Source: Felis catus (lineage: Eukaryota). Taken from it: a stretch of DNA of 64,000 bases. The position numbers and the translations under genes were made by a program. The notes beneath the pieces were generated by a model. It did no database searches, was not told where the DNA came from, and saw only the letters and a list, made by a program, of their open reading frames with translations. Of this stretch, positions 11,440-24,504 are shown piece after piece (positions within the stretch are counted from its first letter, which is position 1; the number at the start of each line of letters is the position of its first letter). The stretch spans positions 98,766,001 through 98,830,000 of the forward strand of contig NC_058372.1 in NCBI RefSeq assembly GCF_018350175.1, written 5' to 3'.

Positions 11440-12035
11440 ATTCACTTAAACATCCAGTTGCCTACCCACTTTGCTGTGTAATGGGCATCCAAAACGTAAC
11501 ACATTTAAAATTGGGCCACTAATATTTACCCAAAATCTGCTCTTTCTCCCTTCTTTCCTATCTAGGTTAATGGCAATGCCATCTTTCTACCTGTTCAGGC
11601 CAGAAACCTTGGAATTACACTTACCCCTCTCTTTCTCTCATACCTCCTATCAATGTATCAGCAAAACTTGTCTTGGGGCGCCTGGGTGGCGCAGTCGATT
11701 AAGCGTCCGACTTCAGCCAGGTCACGATCTCGTGGTCGGTGAGTTCGAGCCCCGCGTCGGGCTCTGGGCTGATGGCTCAGAGCCTGGAGCCTGTTTCCGA
11801 TTCTGTGTCCCCCTCTCTCTCTGCCCCTCCCCCGTTCATGCTCTGTCTCTCTCTGTCAAAAATAAATAAACGTTGAAAAAAAAAAAAACTTGTCTTTATT
11901 TTCAAAATATACCCAGAGTCCAGTCTTTTCTCCCCATCGCCACCACTATCATCATCTCATGCCGGAAGTACCATAGAAGACTTTCTCTGGTCTCCTGGCT
12001 TCAGTTCTTGTGCCTTCATTCTATTGTCTACACAG
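11440..12035 (+). mobile_element. L2 fragment interrupted by a SINE
   Basis: caggccagaaaccttggaatt...caatgtatcagcaaa[SINE]cttgtctttattttcaaaatatacccagag. Confidence 0.6.
11675..11884 (+). mobile_element. Young felid Can-SINE (SINEC_Fc type)
   Basis: CpG-rich, with cttcagccaggtcacgatctc and tgggctgatggctc; perfect TSD aaaacttgtctt at 11663 and 11885. Confidence 0.97.
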
Positions 12036-12319
12036 TGGCTCACCCCTCACAAGCAGTTGCTCCTTGGACCACCCTTTGCATCCAAGCATGACCCCACCAG
12101 CAGTGCAGTCTGTCTCAAAAGGACAAACGTGGGGAAAGAAGTATTTAGGCCTGAAAATAGGACTTGAGCAAGAATTTCCTGAGTAAAGAATTCTGAGGTC
12201 CTGGAGACCTGATACCTGGCTTACAAGTGGGGACATAGACTTTGACCCCAAGAGAAAGAACACAGTTGGAAGAGTCCTAGGACAGGGGCCTCTAAGGTAT
12301 GAAGGGCCCTACATGGCCC

Positions 12320-12690
12320 ATAGCAGTTTTCTATTGCTGCTATAATAAATGAACACAAACTTGATAGCTTAAAACAATACACATTTATTCTTTTATAGTC
12401 ATGGAGATCGGTGTGAAATGAATTTCACTGGACTGAAATCAAGGTGTCAGCAAGGCTGAACTCCCTCTGGAGGTTCTAAGGGGAGAATCTGCTTCCTTGC
12501 CTTTTCCATATTTTAAAGTAGCATTCCTTAGTCTCTGACCCCTTCCTCTATCTTCAGTATATTATTTTGCCTAAATGGTCATATTGCCATCTTCTGTAGC
12601 CAAATCTTATGATTATATTAAGGGCCCTCCCAGGTAATCCAAGATAAGCTCCCCATCTCAAGATCCTTAATAACATCTGCAAAGCACAAT
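12320..12690 (-). mobile_element. MLT1 (MaLR) LTR
   Basis: agttttctattgctgctataa...aatcaaggtgtcagcaaggc...taatccaagataa...acatctgcaaag. Confidence 0.8.
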
Positions 12691-12698
12691 GCAGGGAA

Positions 12699-12770
12699 GC
12701 AAAAAACAAAAAAACAAAAACAAAAACAAAAACAAACAAAAAAAAGCAAAACAAACAAAAAAACAAAAAC
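12699..12770. repeat. (AAAAAC/AAAC)n A-rich repeat
   Basis: Direct reading. Confidence 0.9.
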
Positions 12771-13033
12771 CAGGAGACCAAGAAGAAGCAGCCAGGGGAG
12801 TCCTTTGGAAAGTCAAGTGGAAAAATGTTTTAAGAAGTTAATGACCAAGTTGCATAAAGTCTGCCCAGAGGTGAAGCAAGAGAGGATTTAGAAAGTGTTA
12901 GATTTAGGAATATGTTGGTCATGGGAACCTAAGTGAAAGTAGTTTCAGTGGAAAGCAGGATGAAGGCTAGATGGCAGTGAACAGAGGAGGAAATGGAAAA
13001 TTTCCCATTTTTTCCCAATAAATGTAGCTTAAA

Positions 13034-13250
13034 CATTTTTTTCTAATGTTTATTTTTTGAGAGATACAGAGAGAGACAGAGTGCAAGCAGGGGAGGGGCA
13101 GAGAGAGAGAGGGTGACACAGAACCCAAAGCAGGCTCCAGGCTCTGAGCTGTCAGCACAGAGCCTGACATGGGGCTCAAATCCACAAACCGTGAGATCGT
13201 GACCTGAGCCGAAGCCGGACGCTTAACCGACTGAGCCACCCAGGCGCCCC
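13034..13250 (-). mobile_element. Can-SINE
   Basis: Full-length reverse copy; degenerate TSD beginning caataaat. Confidence 0.95.
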
Positions 13251-13739
13251 TCAATAAATTTAACTTTAAATGAAAGAAGGAGATAGAGTAGTCGCCAGAG
13301 AAAAATCAGGGGTCACAAGATGGTCTTTGTTTTGTTTTTTAAATATAGGCAAGAATTGAATACATTATTAGACTGAGAGGCAAGTACTATATAATTAGAA
13401 AAGCAGAGGATAGCAAAAAGAAGAAAGATGGCTGACAAAGTGAGGCTTCAGAGGAGGAGAATGGGATCTAGGGCACAGTGTCACAGGGAGAGAGGGACTT
13501 AGGCAGAAGGAGGTGGAGACATAGCTCCCCTGCTCTGACAGGAGGTAAGGTGGGAATGATTGGTACTGATAGAGCTAAGTTTATAGGTGGTGGGAGGAAG
13601 TGCACAGAGTTCCTATCTGACAACCTCAATTTATCTGAAGGAGGAGTGCCAGTTAAGTATCAAGAAGTATCAAGAACCTGAGTTAACAACATTGGGAACA
13701 AAGCTGTGAACTTGAGATAACGATCATTTAATCAAAATG

Positions 13740-13935
13740 GAAGGTCAGACTATACCAAGTATTGTAAGGCTGTGAAGCAACTGGAATTCTCATATATTGA
13801 TGATGGGACTGTAAAATGGTGCAACACTTTGGGAAATAGTTTGGTAATTTCTTAAACAGTTAAACGTATGCCTACCATACAACCCAGCCATTCCACTCCT
13901 GTAAGTATTTACCCAAGAGAAACAAAGCATATATG
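13740..13935 (+). mobile_element. L1 fragment (ORF2 C-terminal region)
   Basis: gtaaaatggtgcaacactttgggaaatagtttgg...acccagccattccactcc...tatttacccaagagaaa. Confidence 0.8.
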
Positions 13936-14070
13936 CCTGGGAGGATAGGCGAAAGGAACTAGCCAAGCCTGCAGACAAGGAGTCCTGCTGTCTCTACCAC
14001 TCCAGCCAGAAAGAGACATCATCCACTTGGCAACTTACTAGATGGACCAGTTGGATCAGAACTCCTGTCC

Positions 14071-14198
14071 AGGGGCAGAGAGAGAGAGGGAGACACAGAA
14101 TCTGAAGCAGGCTCCAGGCTCTGAGCTGTCAGCACAGAGCCCGAAGCGGGGCTGAGCTGAAGTCGGATGCTCGACCGACTGAACCACCCAGGTGCCCC
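14071..14198 (-). mobile_element. Tailless, internally deleted Can-SINE
   Basis: Head and middle present; about 28 nt of the tRNA region and the A tail are missing. Confidence 0.85.
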
Positions 14199-14713
14199 TG
14201 TTGATGTTGTTATTAATCAAGCTTTATGAATGCTGAATTTCACCTACTCTAGATTTCATAGCCTTAAGTGCATTTTTGCTTCTCAAGTTTCCCTCTTTCC
14301 TATTTTTCTGTTATCTGTTTTCAGTAATGTATATATCTCAAAAATTGTCACTTCATTATCTTTAACTGTAGCTCTGAAAATGATATGAATACAACATATG
14401 GATATTTGTATAACATTTTTGGCACATAGTGAAGATTTATCTCCAAAACAGCAATCCAAATCGATATTATGCCCACTTTTTCTGGTGGACTGAAATTAAG
14501 ATCTACATATTTGCTATAAAATATTGGATCTTTGATTTTCAAATAGAACTTTGATACTTAGGCATCTTTGAACAGGATAACATTGACACTGATTATGTCA
14601 CCTCAGCTTCCCATAAACCAGATTCTTTGTACAGAAATACAAACAAAAAACTAACCAGCAAACACACACATATTCTCTCTCTGTCTCTCTGTCTTTGTTG
14701 CTCTGTCCCTCTC

Positions 14714-14715
<2 letters not shown>

Positions 14716-14761
<46 letters not shown>
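14716..14761. repeat. (AC)n microsatellite
   Basis: Direct reading. Confidence 0.98.
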
Positions 14762-14763
<2 letters not shown>

Positions 14764-16639
14764 TGATTCCCAAGGTTCACTCACTAAGAAGATATATCCA
14801 GTGGTCATTCGTGTTCAAGGATGCTCTGCAGAACCGAATTATTTTCTAGAGAATTGCAGCCATAAGAAAGACATTTGTTAGGAGGATCAACCCCAGACGT
14901 GTACATAACCAGCAGAGCCAACATTCCCAGCCAGAGTGGTGGCTAGATGAATACATTTGAATATAGCCATGAAAGTGGAAGGAAGTGGGGAGAAGGACTT
15001 ATCATCACTAAGAGAATCCTCTGAGCACAGTTACTTAGTCTGGGAATGCTATCTATGTTAGGGAGAAAGGGTCTATGTATTACAGGCCATTTGGTGTACA
15101 GGTGAGAGCTGCGTCCTGGAAGTCATGGTGTGATCAAATCCAAGAATGATTATAGTGCCTGATGGTGGGGTGTTACTGTAATATTCAAATAAGCCTTATA
15201 TTAAAAGAATAATTGCCCCCAGACGTTATTATTACTGTTATTAATGGGAACACACAGTAAATAAGCATGAGACAGCATTCTTTCTTTTGCTGGAACTGTG
15301 TTAAATCTGTTTTGCAAATATTTTACACAAAGATGCTTATGAAAACCATGGCAGAAGGTAAAGACAGCTAAATAATCATTTGTTTCATAACATTTGATAA
15401 ATCACATTTCCGCCGCCGTGAATGCACATCCACTTTATTACTGAAATGGCAACAGCTGAAAACATTATCTTTTGTTGCTGCGACATTTAATCAGTGATGG
15501 GTATCACTGGATAGGCTGGTACCAAACCAGCAGAACTTTCTATACCATGCAATGTGCACGTGAAAACCAACCTGCCTGGACTTTGCAGATTGCATGTAAT
15601 TTCAGGAGCCTGTGGCTGTCTCCCTTCCTCTCCATGTTGGGACCACCTTCTCTGTCCAGAGAGCCACTGGGTCTGCTGGCAGTTTGGGTGGTAGCATCAG
15701 AGAGGGTGAGGGCTGGAAGGGACCTTAGAGGACATTTTGTACAGCTTCCGTGAGTTTCGGATAGTGATATTGAGTCTCAGAGAAAGCGGGACGCTTACCC
15801 AAGATTGCAGCGCTACTAAACAGGGAAGACAGATCTGGAACTCAGTTTATCCAAGTCTCCTGGTTTTTCTTCCCTGTCACATGAGGTGTTTGGTGATCTG
15901 TCAACCATACAGACTCAGGGGTGCTCTCATCTGTCTTGCGGCCTTTCCTTGCCCCTCCTTGTGTGCTCAGAGATGTCCCTTCCTCATATGTTAGAAAAGC
16001 AGTTGGGCCAGGACACCCCACCAACCTCAATGCCTGGACTAGGCTCTAAGCATTATAGGGGTGATGACCCAGGCCTGACCTTTGGCAGGAGGGCGCTGAT
16101 GGAACTGTTTGCAAAGCCTGACATCCTCTCTTCCAGACTACAAACCTAAGGTCCCACCACTTCAGAGTGCAGGTTCTTTGGTATAATGGGGGAAGGGAAT
16201 TTTGACCCCAGACTCTGCTTATCATTCATTGAAAACTCAAAGATTGGCTTCTTCCTCTTTCCATCAGAGCCCACAAGACAGAATGATACCAGCCAGGAAG
16301 CAGAGTTTGGTGGCAGCTTCCAGCTCCATTGTTGGGGATGACAATCTTTTTGGCTAAGCATTCGATGAGTTGGTAGACAAGCTGAGTCATTGCCCCCAAC
16401 ACCAGAGCCAAACTCTCTTGTGCCCGGTCATTCAATCCAACACCTGTTCTGTGTGTCGTTTGGTGCTTAAAATGCCATCTTCAACAACTCAATCATGCAG
16501 TTGACTATCTCAGGGACTTTAGGTTAAGCTTTTAGCCTAATCACTCAAGAGTTTATTTACCTCCCCCAATTAAGTTTAATGTAGATTAATGAATTAAAAG
16601 TTAAATCTTTATTCTATTAAAAAATTAAAAGAAAATATG

Positions 16640-17030
16640 CGTACCTATCCATGACATATATAGAGAAGGGAGGGCTTTCTGAGTTTAAAAAGCAATGAGC
16701 AAAATTATAAGGTACATAAGAAATTGAAGTATGTGTGCTAAAACAAATTCTGCCGTAAGCAAAATTAAAAGAAAAAGAACATAGTAAAGAAAATATTTTA
16801 AAAATATATGTGACAAAAGGATTACTCTCTGACATCCAAAGAATTTTTACAAACTGAGACAATGTTAATGAACCCAACAGGGAAATTGAGAAAAACATGA
16901 AAGGCATTTCACAAAGGAAGATAAACAATTGTTCAATTATATTACCCCAAGAATGTAAATTAAAACGAGATGCCATTTTTCACCTGGCAAGTCAGGTCGT
17001 TTTTAAATGAAAATTATCAAATATTCACAA
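16640..17030 (+). mobile_element. Old L1 fragment
   Basis: agaaaatatttt...gacaaaaggatta...aaattaaaacgagatgccatttttcacc. Confidence 0.55.
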
Positions 17031-17192
17031 AACAATAATCACACTGTCTTACTGAGTTTACAATATACATAGAACTAAAATGTAAGACAGCAATCACACT
17101 TGGTTGTCTAAGAGCAGAAATTTGTGAATTGGGAAAAAAACCGCATGATGGAGAAAACAGTCTTTGCATTGTTTGGGAAATAGTAAGAGTGC

Positions 17193-17580
17193 TGTATTAG
17201 TTTCATTTCGCTGCCATAACAAATTACTACAAATTAGGTGGTTTAAAGCAACAGGAATTTATTCTTCCACAGTTCTGANNNNNNNNNNNNNNNNNNNNNN
17301 NNNNNNNNNNNNNNNNNNNNNNNNNNNNNNNNNNNNNNNNNNNNNNNNNNNNNNNNNNNNNNNNNNNNNNNNNNNNNNNNNNNNNNNNNNNNNNNNNNNN
17401 NNNNNNNNNNNNNNNNTCCATCTTCACGTGGCCGTCTAGAACCTGTGTGTGTCTTCTCTTCTGTCTCTGATAAGGACCTCTGTCATTGGATTAGGGCCCG
17501 CCCAGATAATCCAGGATGATCTCATCTCGTGAGGTCCTTAATTACATCTACAAAGACCCCTTTCCTAAGTAAAGCCATAT
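17193..17580 (-). mobile_element. MLT1 LTR containing N gap 17279..17416
   Basis: tgtattagtttc...gctgccataacaaattac...ataatccaggatgatctcatctc...taattacatct. Confidence 0.8.
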
Positions 17581-18194
17581 TCAAATATATTTTATATGGT
17601 TGTTCTCGGTGGAAGAAGTGGTTTCTCACGAGGTAGGTCTCTGTGATAGACATAGGCCCCTGATATGTTTTTAATGAGGGAATGCAATGACTTGTCATGT
17701 GGTTTGGATGTATTCCTGCAGACTGTCTGCTTTCTATGCGGGTATTTTCATGTACAGCACCATGTACATTGATGGTGTTGTGCGGTGTCAATCACCTTGT
17801 GCTTCTTACCTGTTTCTCTCAGCGCCATGCCTTTTGGCTGTCATCGTGGCTGTTGTCGACTAAAGATTGTGCTACTCGCTGCTTCATCTCAGCTTGCACC
17901 ACATTCCAGTCTCCCAGTAATGCCACTCAGCTTGCTCCCAACTTTCTACAACCACAAATCGTATCGACATGAACATTCCCAGGTATGTCCCCTTATTAGC
18001 CGGCCTGATATTTTCTGTGAATTACATACACCCAGGAGCAGAATTACTAGATCATTTGACTCAGAATTTGACTCAGTAGTGCTTATTGTTCTCCAAAATG
18101 GCTTTATCTCTATGTTAGTTGTCCAGTATCACAGAAGTAGCAGCATTTGGAATTCTCCACGTAGCGGAATAGATACAGTAGTGACGCTAATCAC

Positions 18195-18685
18195 TGTGGT
18201 GTCGCCCGTGCCACACGCACACCTGCTTGCTGCTCTGGCCTCCTTAGTTTCGCCCCATGAACTGGCCCCACAGGCCACAGTTGCTTGAACAAACGTGGAC
18301 ACCAAGGCCAATCAGATATTTTCCACCAAGAATTTGGGAAAGACCCAGTTAGAGGACGCAGACACTTGAATGGAAAGCTTATATCAAGTCAGAGGTGGAC
18401 TGGTTCCACCACCTTCAGCACGTTTTTTGCCCTGAGAGCTAAGCGAGGAGAATGGGCACAGAGAGAATCCGAGAATGGACCTGACCTGTGGCTCCACCAG
18501 AGGTGATAGGAGTAGTTTATCTCCTTGATTCTCTGGACCTGGTCCTTGCGGGTCTGCCTGTGTGTCGTTTCCCATTTTGGATGTCTACAAGGTTAGTTCC
18601 TCGTTAAATCCTTAAAAACAAAAACTGACTTTACTAGTAGTTTGAGTAGGCTAAGCGTCTAGCCACTGAATAGCTCCTAAGAAGG
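18195..18685 (+). mobile_element. Old ERVL LTR (LTR33/LTR16-like)
   Basis: ccaaggccaatcagatattttccaccaagaatttggg motif and an LTR-like 3' end. Confidence 0.4.
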
Positions 18686-18699
18686 TATATAGCTTATTT

Positions 18700-18882
18700 T
18701 CCTGTCTTTGTAGACAGAGCACACTGTTTTTCTAATAGTTTTCTCGGAACACAGCTGAGTCGTTCATTTATATGTCGTCCACAGTTGCTTTTGAACTGCA
18801 AAGGCAGATTTGTTACTGTATGGCTTACAGAGTTTGAAGCTTTATTATCTGGACCTCCACAGGAAATGTTTGCCGACCCCAG
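18700..18882. mobile_element. MER58-like hAT MITE
   Basis: tttattatctggacctccacaggaaatgtttgccgacccc terminus. Confidence 0.6.
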
Positions 18883-19799
18883 CTTCATCTTTAGATAACT
18901 CAGTGGCATCATTACGAAAATTATCCATTGCAGTCTGCTTTGATACAGTGCTGCACTCAGGACTTCTTGGGGCACACAGAGGGCTCTTTGTGCCACACTG
19001 CGTGTGGCCTGAGAGCTGTGATGCCCTAGCGACTGGTTGTCTCTCCCCCAGACTCATGGCCATTCTGCTCTCTGGGTGGGATGGCGGCACCGTGGCAGCT
19101 GTTCCTGTGTCTCTCACCTCCTCCGATGTCTGTTGGGCCTTCCCCCTTGCCCCTTCTTTCTTCCCTCTCTTCTGCCTGCAGCTTCTCACTTTGCATTTTT
19201 GCCTTTGAACATTGGCTTTTAGAGCCAGCACCAGTCCCCCTGTGCTCCGCTGACGAGCCATCAAGAGACACTGCATCTCCTTCAGTCTTCTTGGCTGAGG
19301 GTCTCCTGATCATTTTAATCACGATTTGGTTTCCTCTTTTGTTCAGACTCCTGACACCTCAACACTGGGGAAAGTGCCAGAAACAGAGCAGTGGAAAGGT
19401 ACGAAAAGGACTCCAACAGTTCTCCGGGACACATTAGATACTAGGCATTGGAACAAGTGTGGGGATGGGCCACCCTTCCTGTGCACCTTCACCTGGACTC
19501 TGCTTAGTCACCTGCCCACATCTGTGCCCCAACTCCTCCCACTCCCACACAGGGAAGGGCGGGGCCAGACTTCCAGATGGACCTCTCTGCTGATTGTCTA
19601 GGCACACAGAGCCCCCACCCTAGGCTACACCCTCCTCTTTAGAATCATCACTCTGGGCATCTTTGGGGTGAGGAACGTAAAGACAGAGGCCCTAGACACC
19701 CAGATCTCTCCATAGTCTTTAGGAGGCAGGTTTATACAGTAAGATCCTTGTACATCAGGGGTGTGCGATTTCTGCTCACTGGAGGATGGCACCTTGAAC

Positions 19800-19920
19800 T
19801 TCCATGCTGGCTCTTCCTTTGAGTGGCTGTGTGACCTTGGATGAGGCTCTCCACCTCTCTGGACCTCAGCTTATTCAACTGCAAAATGAGGAGTTCCGAT
19901 GTTGATGAGCTCTAAGTTCT
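19800..19920 (+). mobile_element. MIR
   Basis: ggctgtgtgaccttgg...ctctctggacctcagcttattcaactgcaaaatgag. Confidence 0.65.
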
Positions 19921-20284
19921 CTTTTACCCCTGCCACTCTGTTCTGAGCAGTTCACCAGCCAAGATCCTATCTGTCCTGGAGCATAGAGAGATGCCGTGTT
20001 GGCTGAGAATCAGCTTATTTATTCCTCAGGATCTCAGGGGATCCCTTGCTTAAATATCTTGGGAGGGGGTTCATTACATCCAGTGGCTATTCTGTGCTTT
20101 CTGCCTCTGACTTAGGCAGAAATGCTTTGAAAATTGGTGGAATTTCATGTTCTAGAAGTTCACCATAAAGCTCCAACCACATTAGAGAAAGGTGTATGAA
20201 GAATAGAAAAGTGAACTGATCTTGTCGGCTCCTCTGCTTAAACCCTCATTAGCTCCCTATTGCTGCAAAAATGAAGTCAAAATA

Positions 20285-20456
20285 AAGAGAGCGAGTGGGG
20301 GAGGGGCAGAGAGATTGGGAAAGTGAGAATCCCAAGCAGGCTCCACACTGTTAGCGCAGGGTCTGACACGGGGCTTGAACTCACCAACCATGAGACCATG
20401 ACCTCAGTTGAAATCAAGAGTCTAACACATATCCAACTGAACCACCCAGGTGCCCC
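20285..20456 (-). mobile_element. Can-SINE (older type, tail lost)
   Basis: gaatcccaagcaggctcc...gaaatcaagagtc...ccacccaggtgcccc. Confidence 0.9.
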
Positions 20457-20612
20457 ACACAGTATTGTTTTAAAAAAAAGATGAAAACCATAGGTACATT
20501 GACAGCATTTGGGTTAAAACAAACAACTATAAACAACTGTTTTGCAAAGGGTAAAAGACTGCAAGAGAACATACCAAATGCTGAGTGTTTATGTTAAGTT
20601 AGGGGCATGTTT

Positions 20613-20812
20613 GGGGCGCCTGGGTGGCTCAGTTGGGTAAGCATTCGACTTTGGCTCAGGTCATGATCTCCCGGGTCCTGAGTTTAAGCCCCAATCAGGC
20701 TCTGTGCTGACAGTTCAGGGCCTGGAGCCTGCTTCAGATTCTGTTTCTCCCTCTCTCTCTGCCCCTCTCTCACTCACACTCTGTCTCAAAAATAAATAAA
20801 CATAAAAAAAAA
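20613..20812 (+). mobile_element. Can-SINE
   Basis: Full length; degenerate TSD gggg(c/a)atgttt. Confidence 0.95.
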
Positions 20813-21512
20813 TATGGGGAATGTTTGATTTCTCATTATCTTTTCTGTATTCCAAGCTATTTATGATGTGGCACCTTACTGATAGAAATAAAAAGGTATA
20901 ATAAAGAAATTATAAAATGGGGGGATATATTGTCTAGTATTAAAGACAATATAGTATTGTGACCTTCTTACAAAAGTTACAAATGTAGTACTTGGCCTCT
21001 TGTTCCAAATTTCTAGTTCAATTTCCTGCCAGTATTCTCCACACACAGTAGCAAGGTCAACTCTTAATCAACTCTTAATCATCATAGCGAGTGCTGGGAT
21101 GGCGTGGGCTCACAGCAATCATCTCTCTGTAAGAACAACCACCCTGTAACACATTTTAGGACTAAGGATGAGTCACTCAAAAATACACTCGCTGGTGGAG
21201 TTTTACAGAAAGTCATACCAGCAAATAGTGGAAGCCATAGTCCATGGGAGTCCACTGAGGAGCAAGGCCAGCTTTTATCCACGGAGGCTTTAAGAAGCTT
21301 GAGAACATTTTCTCCTTTTAAGTTAATTAGTTCTAAATTAGGAATTCATTTGGAAATTGAAAAAGACAAGAAATCTCATGTTTACTGTTCTGTTTAAGAA
21401 TAAACAGAATGAGGAAGGTAAAATCTGAGCTGATCACATGAATTTTGTGTTCAGTTAATGTCTGCTGACTTTTAAACTGGAGGCCTTTAGTACCTTTGAG
21501 TTTATTTCCTAC

Positions 21513-21996
21513 ACATGTTAGTTTCCCATTGTGGCTGTAACAAATCACAAATTAGCAGCTTAAAACAACACATACTTATTCTTTTGCAGTTCTGGAGGCC
21601 AGAAGTCTGCCATCAATTTCACGGGGCTCAAGTCAGCAGGGCAGGCTGTTTGCAGAGGCTGTAGGGGAGAACACAGGGCTTGTTTTTTTCCACCTTCCAG
21701 AGGCTATCATTCCTTGGTTCATCATCCCAGCATTTTCTCCTGCCGTTTCCATCCTTACATGGCCTTCTCTGTCTGACNNNNNNNNNNNNNNNNNNNNNNN
21801 NNNNNNNNNNNNNNNNNNNNNNNNNNNNNNNNNNNNNNNNNNNNNNNNNNNNNNNNNNNNNNNNNNNNNNNNNNNNNNNNNNNNNNNNNNNNNNNNNNNN
21901 NNNNNNNNNNNNNNNNNNNNNNNNNNNNNNNNNNNNNNNNNNNNNNNNNAACTTTGGGGGGGGGGGGGAGAGGACAGTCATTGTCCCACCTACCAC
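21513..21996 (-). mobile_element. MLT1 LTR containing N gap 21778..21949
   Basis: ttagtttcccattgtggctgtaacaaatcaca...cagttctggaggccagaagtc...cccacctaccaca. Confidence 0.8.
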
Positions 21997-24468
21997 ACTA
22001 TGTGTACCAAAATTCTCTATTTGGTTAAAACGAACAAAACTTCTGAAAATAAAGAGAGGAAACATTTTTGTAGTTAACAAAAGTATTTTAGTATCTGTTA
22101 TATGTAATAATTATATTACATTGTGGCAATAAAAAAGTGCCCAAATTGGAAAGGACTCACATTTTAATAGCCTCATCAATTTTTCTGACAGAGATGGAAA
22201 TTTTAAATAAAAGCAGCATTTGTCTCAGCTATGAAGGCCAACACTTTTTTTTAAATGATAAGAAAATGTATGCTTTAAAATTAAAGTATTGATTAAATGG
22301 AGTCTTCTCGATTCGTAATGAATCTACTGTATCCTAAAATCTCGATATTTCTAACCATCACTACATCCTCCATACGTGCCCTCTGACTTATGTGATAAAT
22401 GTAAGATTTTGATCAGCACCCTTTCTGTCAGTCGAAGAGGAACCACGAGGTAGTACTTCCAGAACATCACTCCAGCTTGGAACACTGCTGCCTTAGCCCT
22501 TACCTATTTGGGACCCAGTTAAGAGCTAGGAGGTGAGCAGGAATGACCTCTGAACCTCCAAAACAGAAAGTGCTGAAGACCTCCACTTAGCACCCTGTAC
22601 TCAATTCTTAGGAGAGCCATCAGGCCCGCACACAGAGCCACACTACTTTACTATAGACACCTTTCTAATACATGTGATCACCTAACTTCCCAGGAGATAG
22701 AAGACGATAGGATTTACCGTCGGTGGATACAATGACCGCAGCAATAGTGAGGCCTGGGGATGAAGGTTTGTGTGGGGAAAGCTCACGGAGCACGCATGCG
22801 CACACAGATACACTTCCTGAGTCTCGGTTCCAGCAGGTGAACAGCCCAGGCCCCTTCAGAGCACCCCAAACAATGGCGAAATAACTGCTGTTCAAAAAAT
22901 TAGCCTTGAATAACCTAGAAAAGGAAAATGATGGTTGGCTAGCTCTCCTTAAGAAAACAGAGAAGTATTTGGATGATTTTAGAAAAAAGTCCTTAAAAAC
23001 TCAGTTTCCCCTCCTCTAATTTTCTTGAAAGGATAAAGCCTCAACCACCCAGAAAACTTGGATCCCTGAAATGACTTACTCTCTGGTATCTAAGTAGCTA
23101 TAATTTTTTTCGTAAATTTAAATTTTCATTCATTTGCATTCAATTCGTTCAGAATTTTTGGTAATTCTATCCCAGTTGAAATAACTAAAATTTTGCCGTA
23201 GTGTAACATACAAAGAAAGGGTTTGCCAAGCAAACTAATAGCATAAATAAGACTTCAGCGAGATACATGTAGTTTGCCTATCAAAAAATAGAAATAAAAT
23301 CCTTTGAAATCCTTCTGTACAAATAGAAGCTACTCAGATATGTATTTTCTGTTCATTTCTATTGATGTGGACGCATCTGAAATTCAGTTGCATTTTATGT
23401 ACATAAAAAATAGTAAGAAAAAGTTGTATTTCTTTAACTATTTAGATTCATACTGACCACCTCAGTTTGCCAATGTTAATGAGAAGTTTTTCTCCTTCCC
23501 CCTGTGTATTTTATTACACTCAAATCAGTGATAACTGAATAGTTTAAAAACTATTTATGTAAAATGAAGATTTTTTAAGGGCATAATCACCATTTATGAC
23601 ATCAAGATATGAATTATATTTTAAAGGCTTTCTTTGTTAAATTCAAAATATCAAACAACATTTTAATTGAAAAATGTACCCCAATACATTCAACACCCAG
23701 CAAAGCTTACGAAAGCTTCACAAATGTTTGCTCATTGTCCTAATTTTTCTCTTGTAGTCTTATTTTAAAACACTGAAAAAACAATTTTCACATTCTGTAA
23801 ATCACAAACAGATGAAAAGCTGAAATTACAGATTGAAAAAAGTTTCATGTATCTTGTGGGATTACCAAGGACCCGGAGTTGCTCACACAAATGTAGACAG
23901 AAGCATATCTAGGAGACTCATCTGGAAGGTGAGGGTTAGTATTTAACATTTTCTAATCTAAAATTGGCTTTGTGCCTTATTACTTTATGCTCAGAAGAGT
24001 TTACAAACAGTGGTTGTATCTGACTACACAAAATATTTTGGAAAAAGAAGTTAAATTCAGCCCCCCAAATCAGTTTATTTCCCCTAGCAACTAGATTTGG
24101 TCACATCTAATGGTTTATAACTGGACAGCAATTAGTTAATACTTTTGACTTCTAAATGATTGATTATTTAAATATTGTTTTAGAAAACAAAAGGTTTGAC
24201 TAAATAATACCTGAGACTCGCTTTGCACTAATCCAGAGGAAGATGAAAAAGACTATGAGTTGAGAACTGCCGAGGCTGGGTGCTGAGAATATAGGGATTG
24301 GTTACACTCTTCTCTCTGCTTTTAATATGTTAACTTTTTCCATAATAAAAAGGGAAAAGGAAAAACTATTTATGTTGAAGACAACTGAAAGAAAATAAGA
24401 CAAATTAGGAATTTAGCATCAGAAAAGGAAAAGTGAATCTGAACTGTTGTTGATTAACCTCACTTTTT

Positions 24469-24473
24469 AAAAG

Positions 24474-24504
<31 letters not shown>

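Noticed and set aside
24237-24350. Additional candidate exon EDEKDYELRTAE
   Set aside because: Overlaps an old L1 3' end and has no donor.
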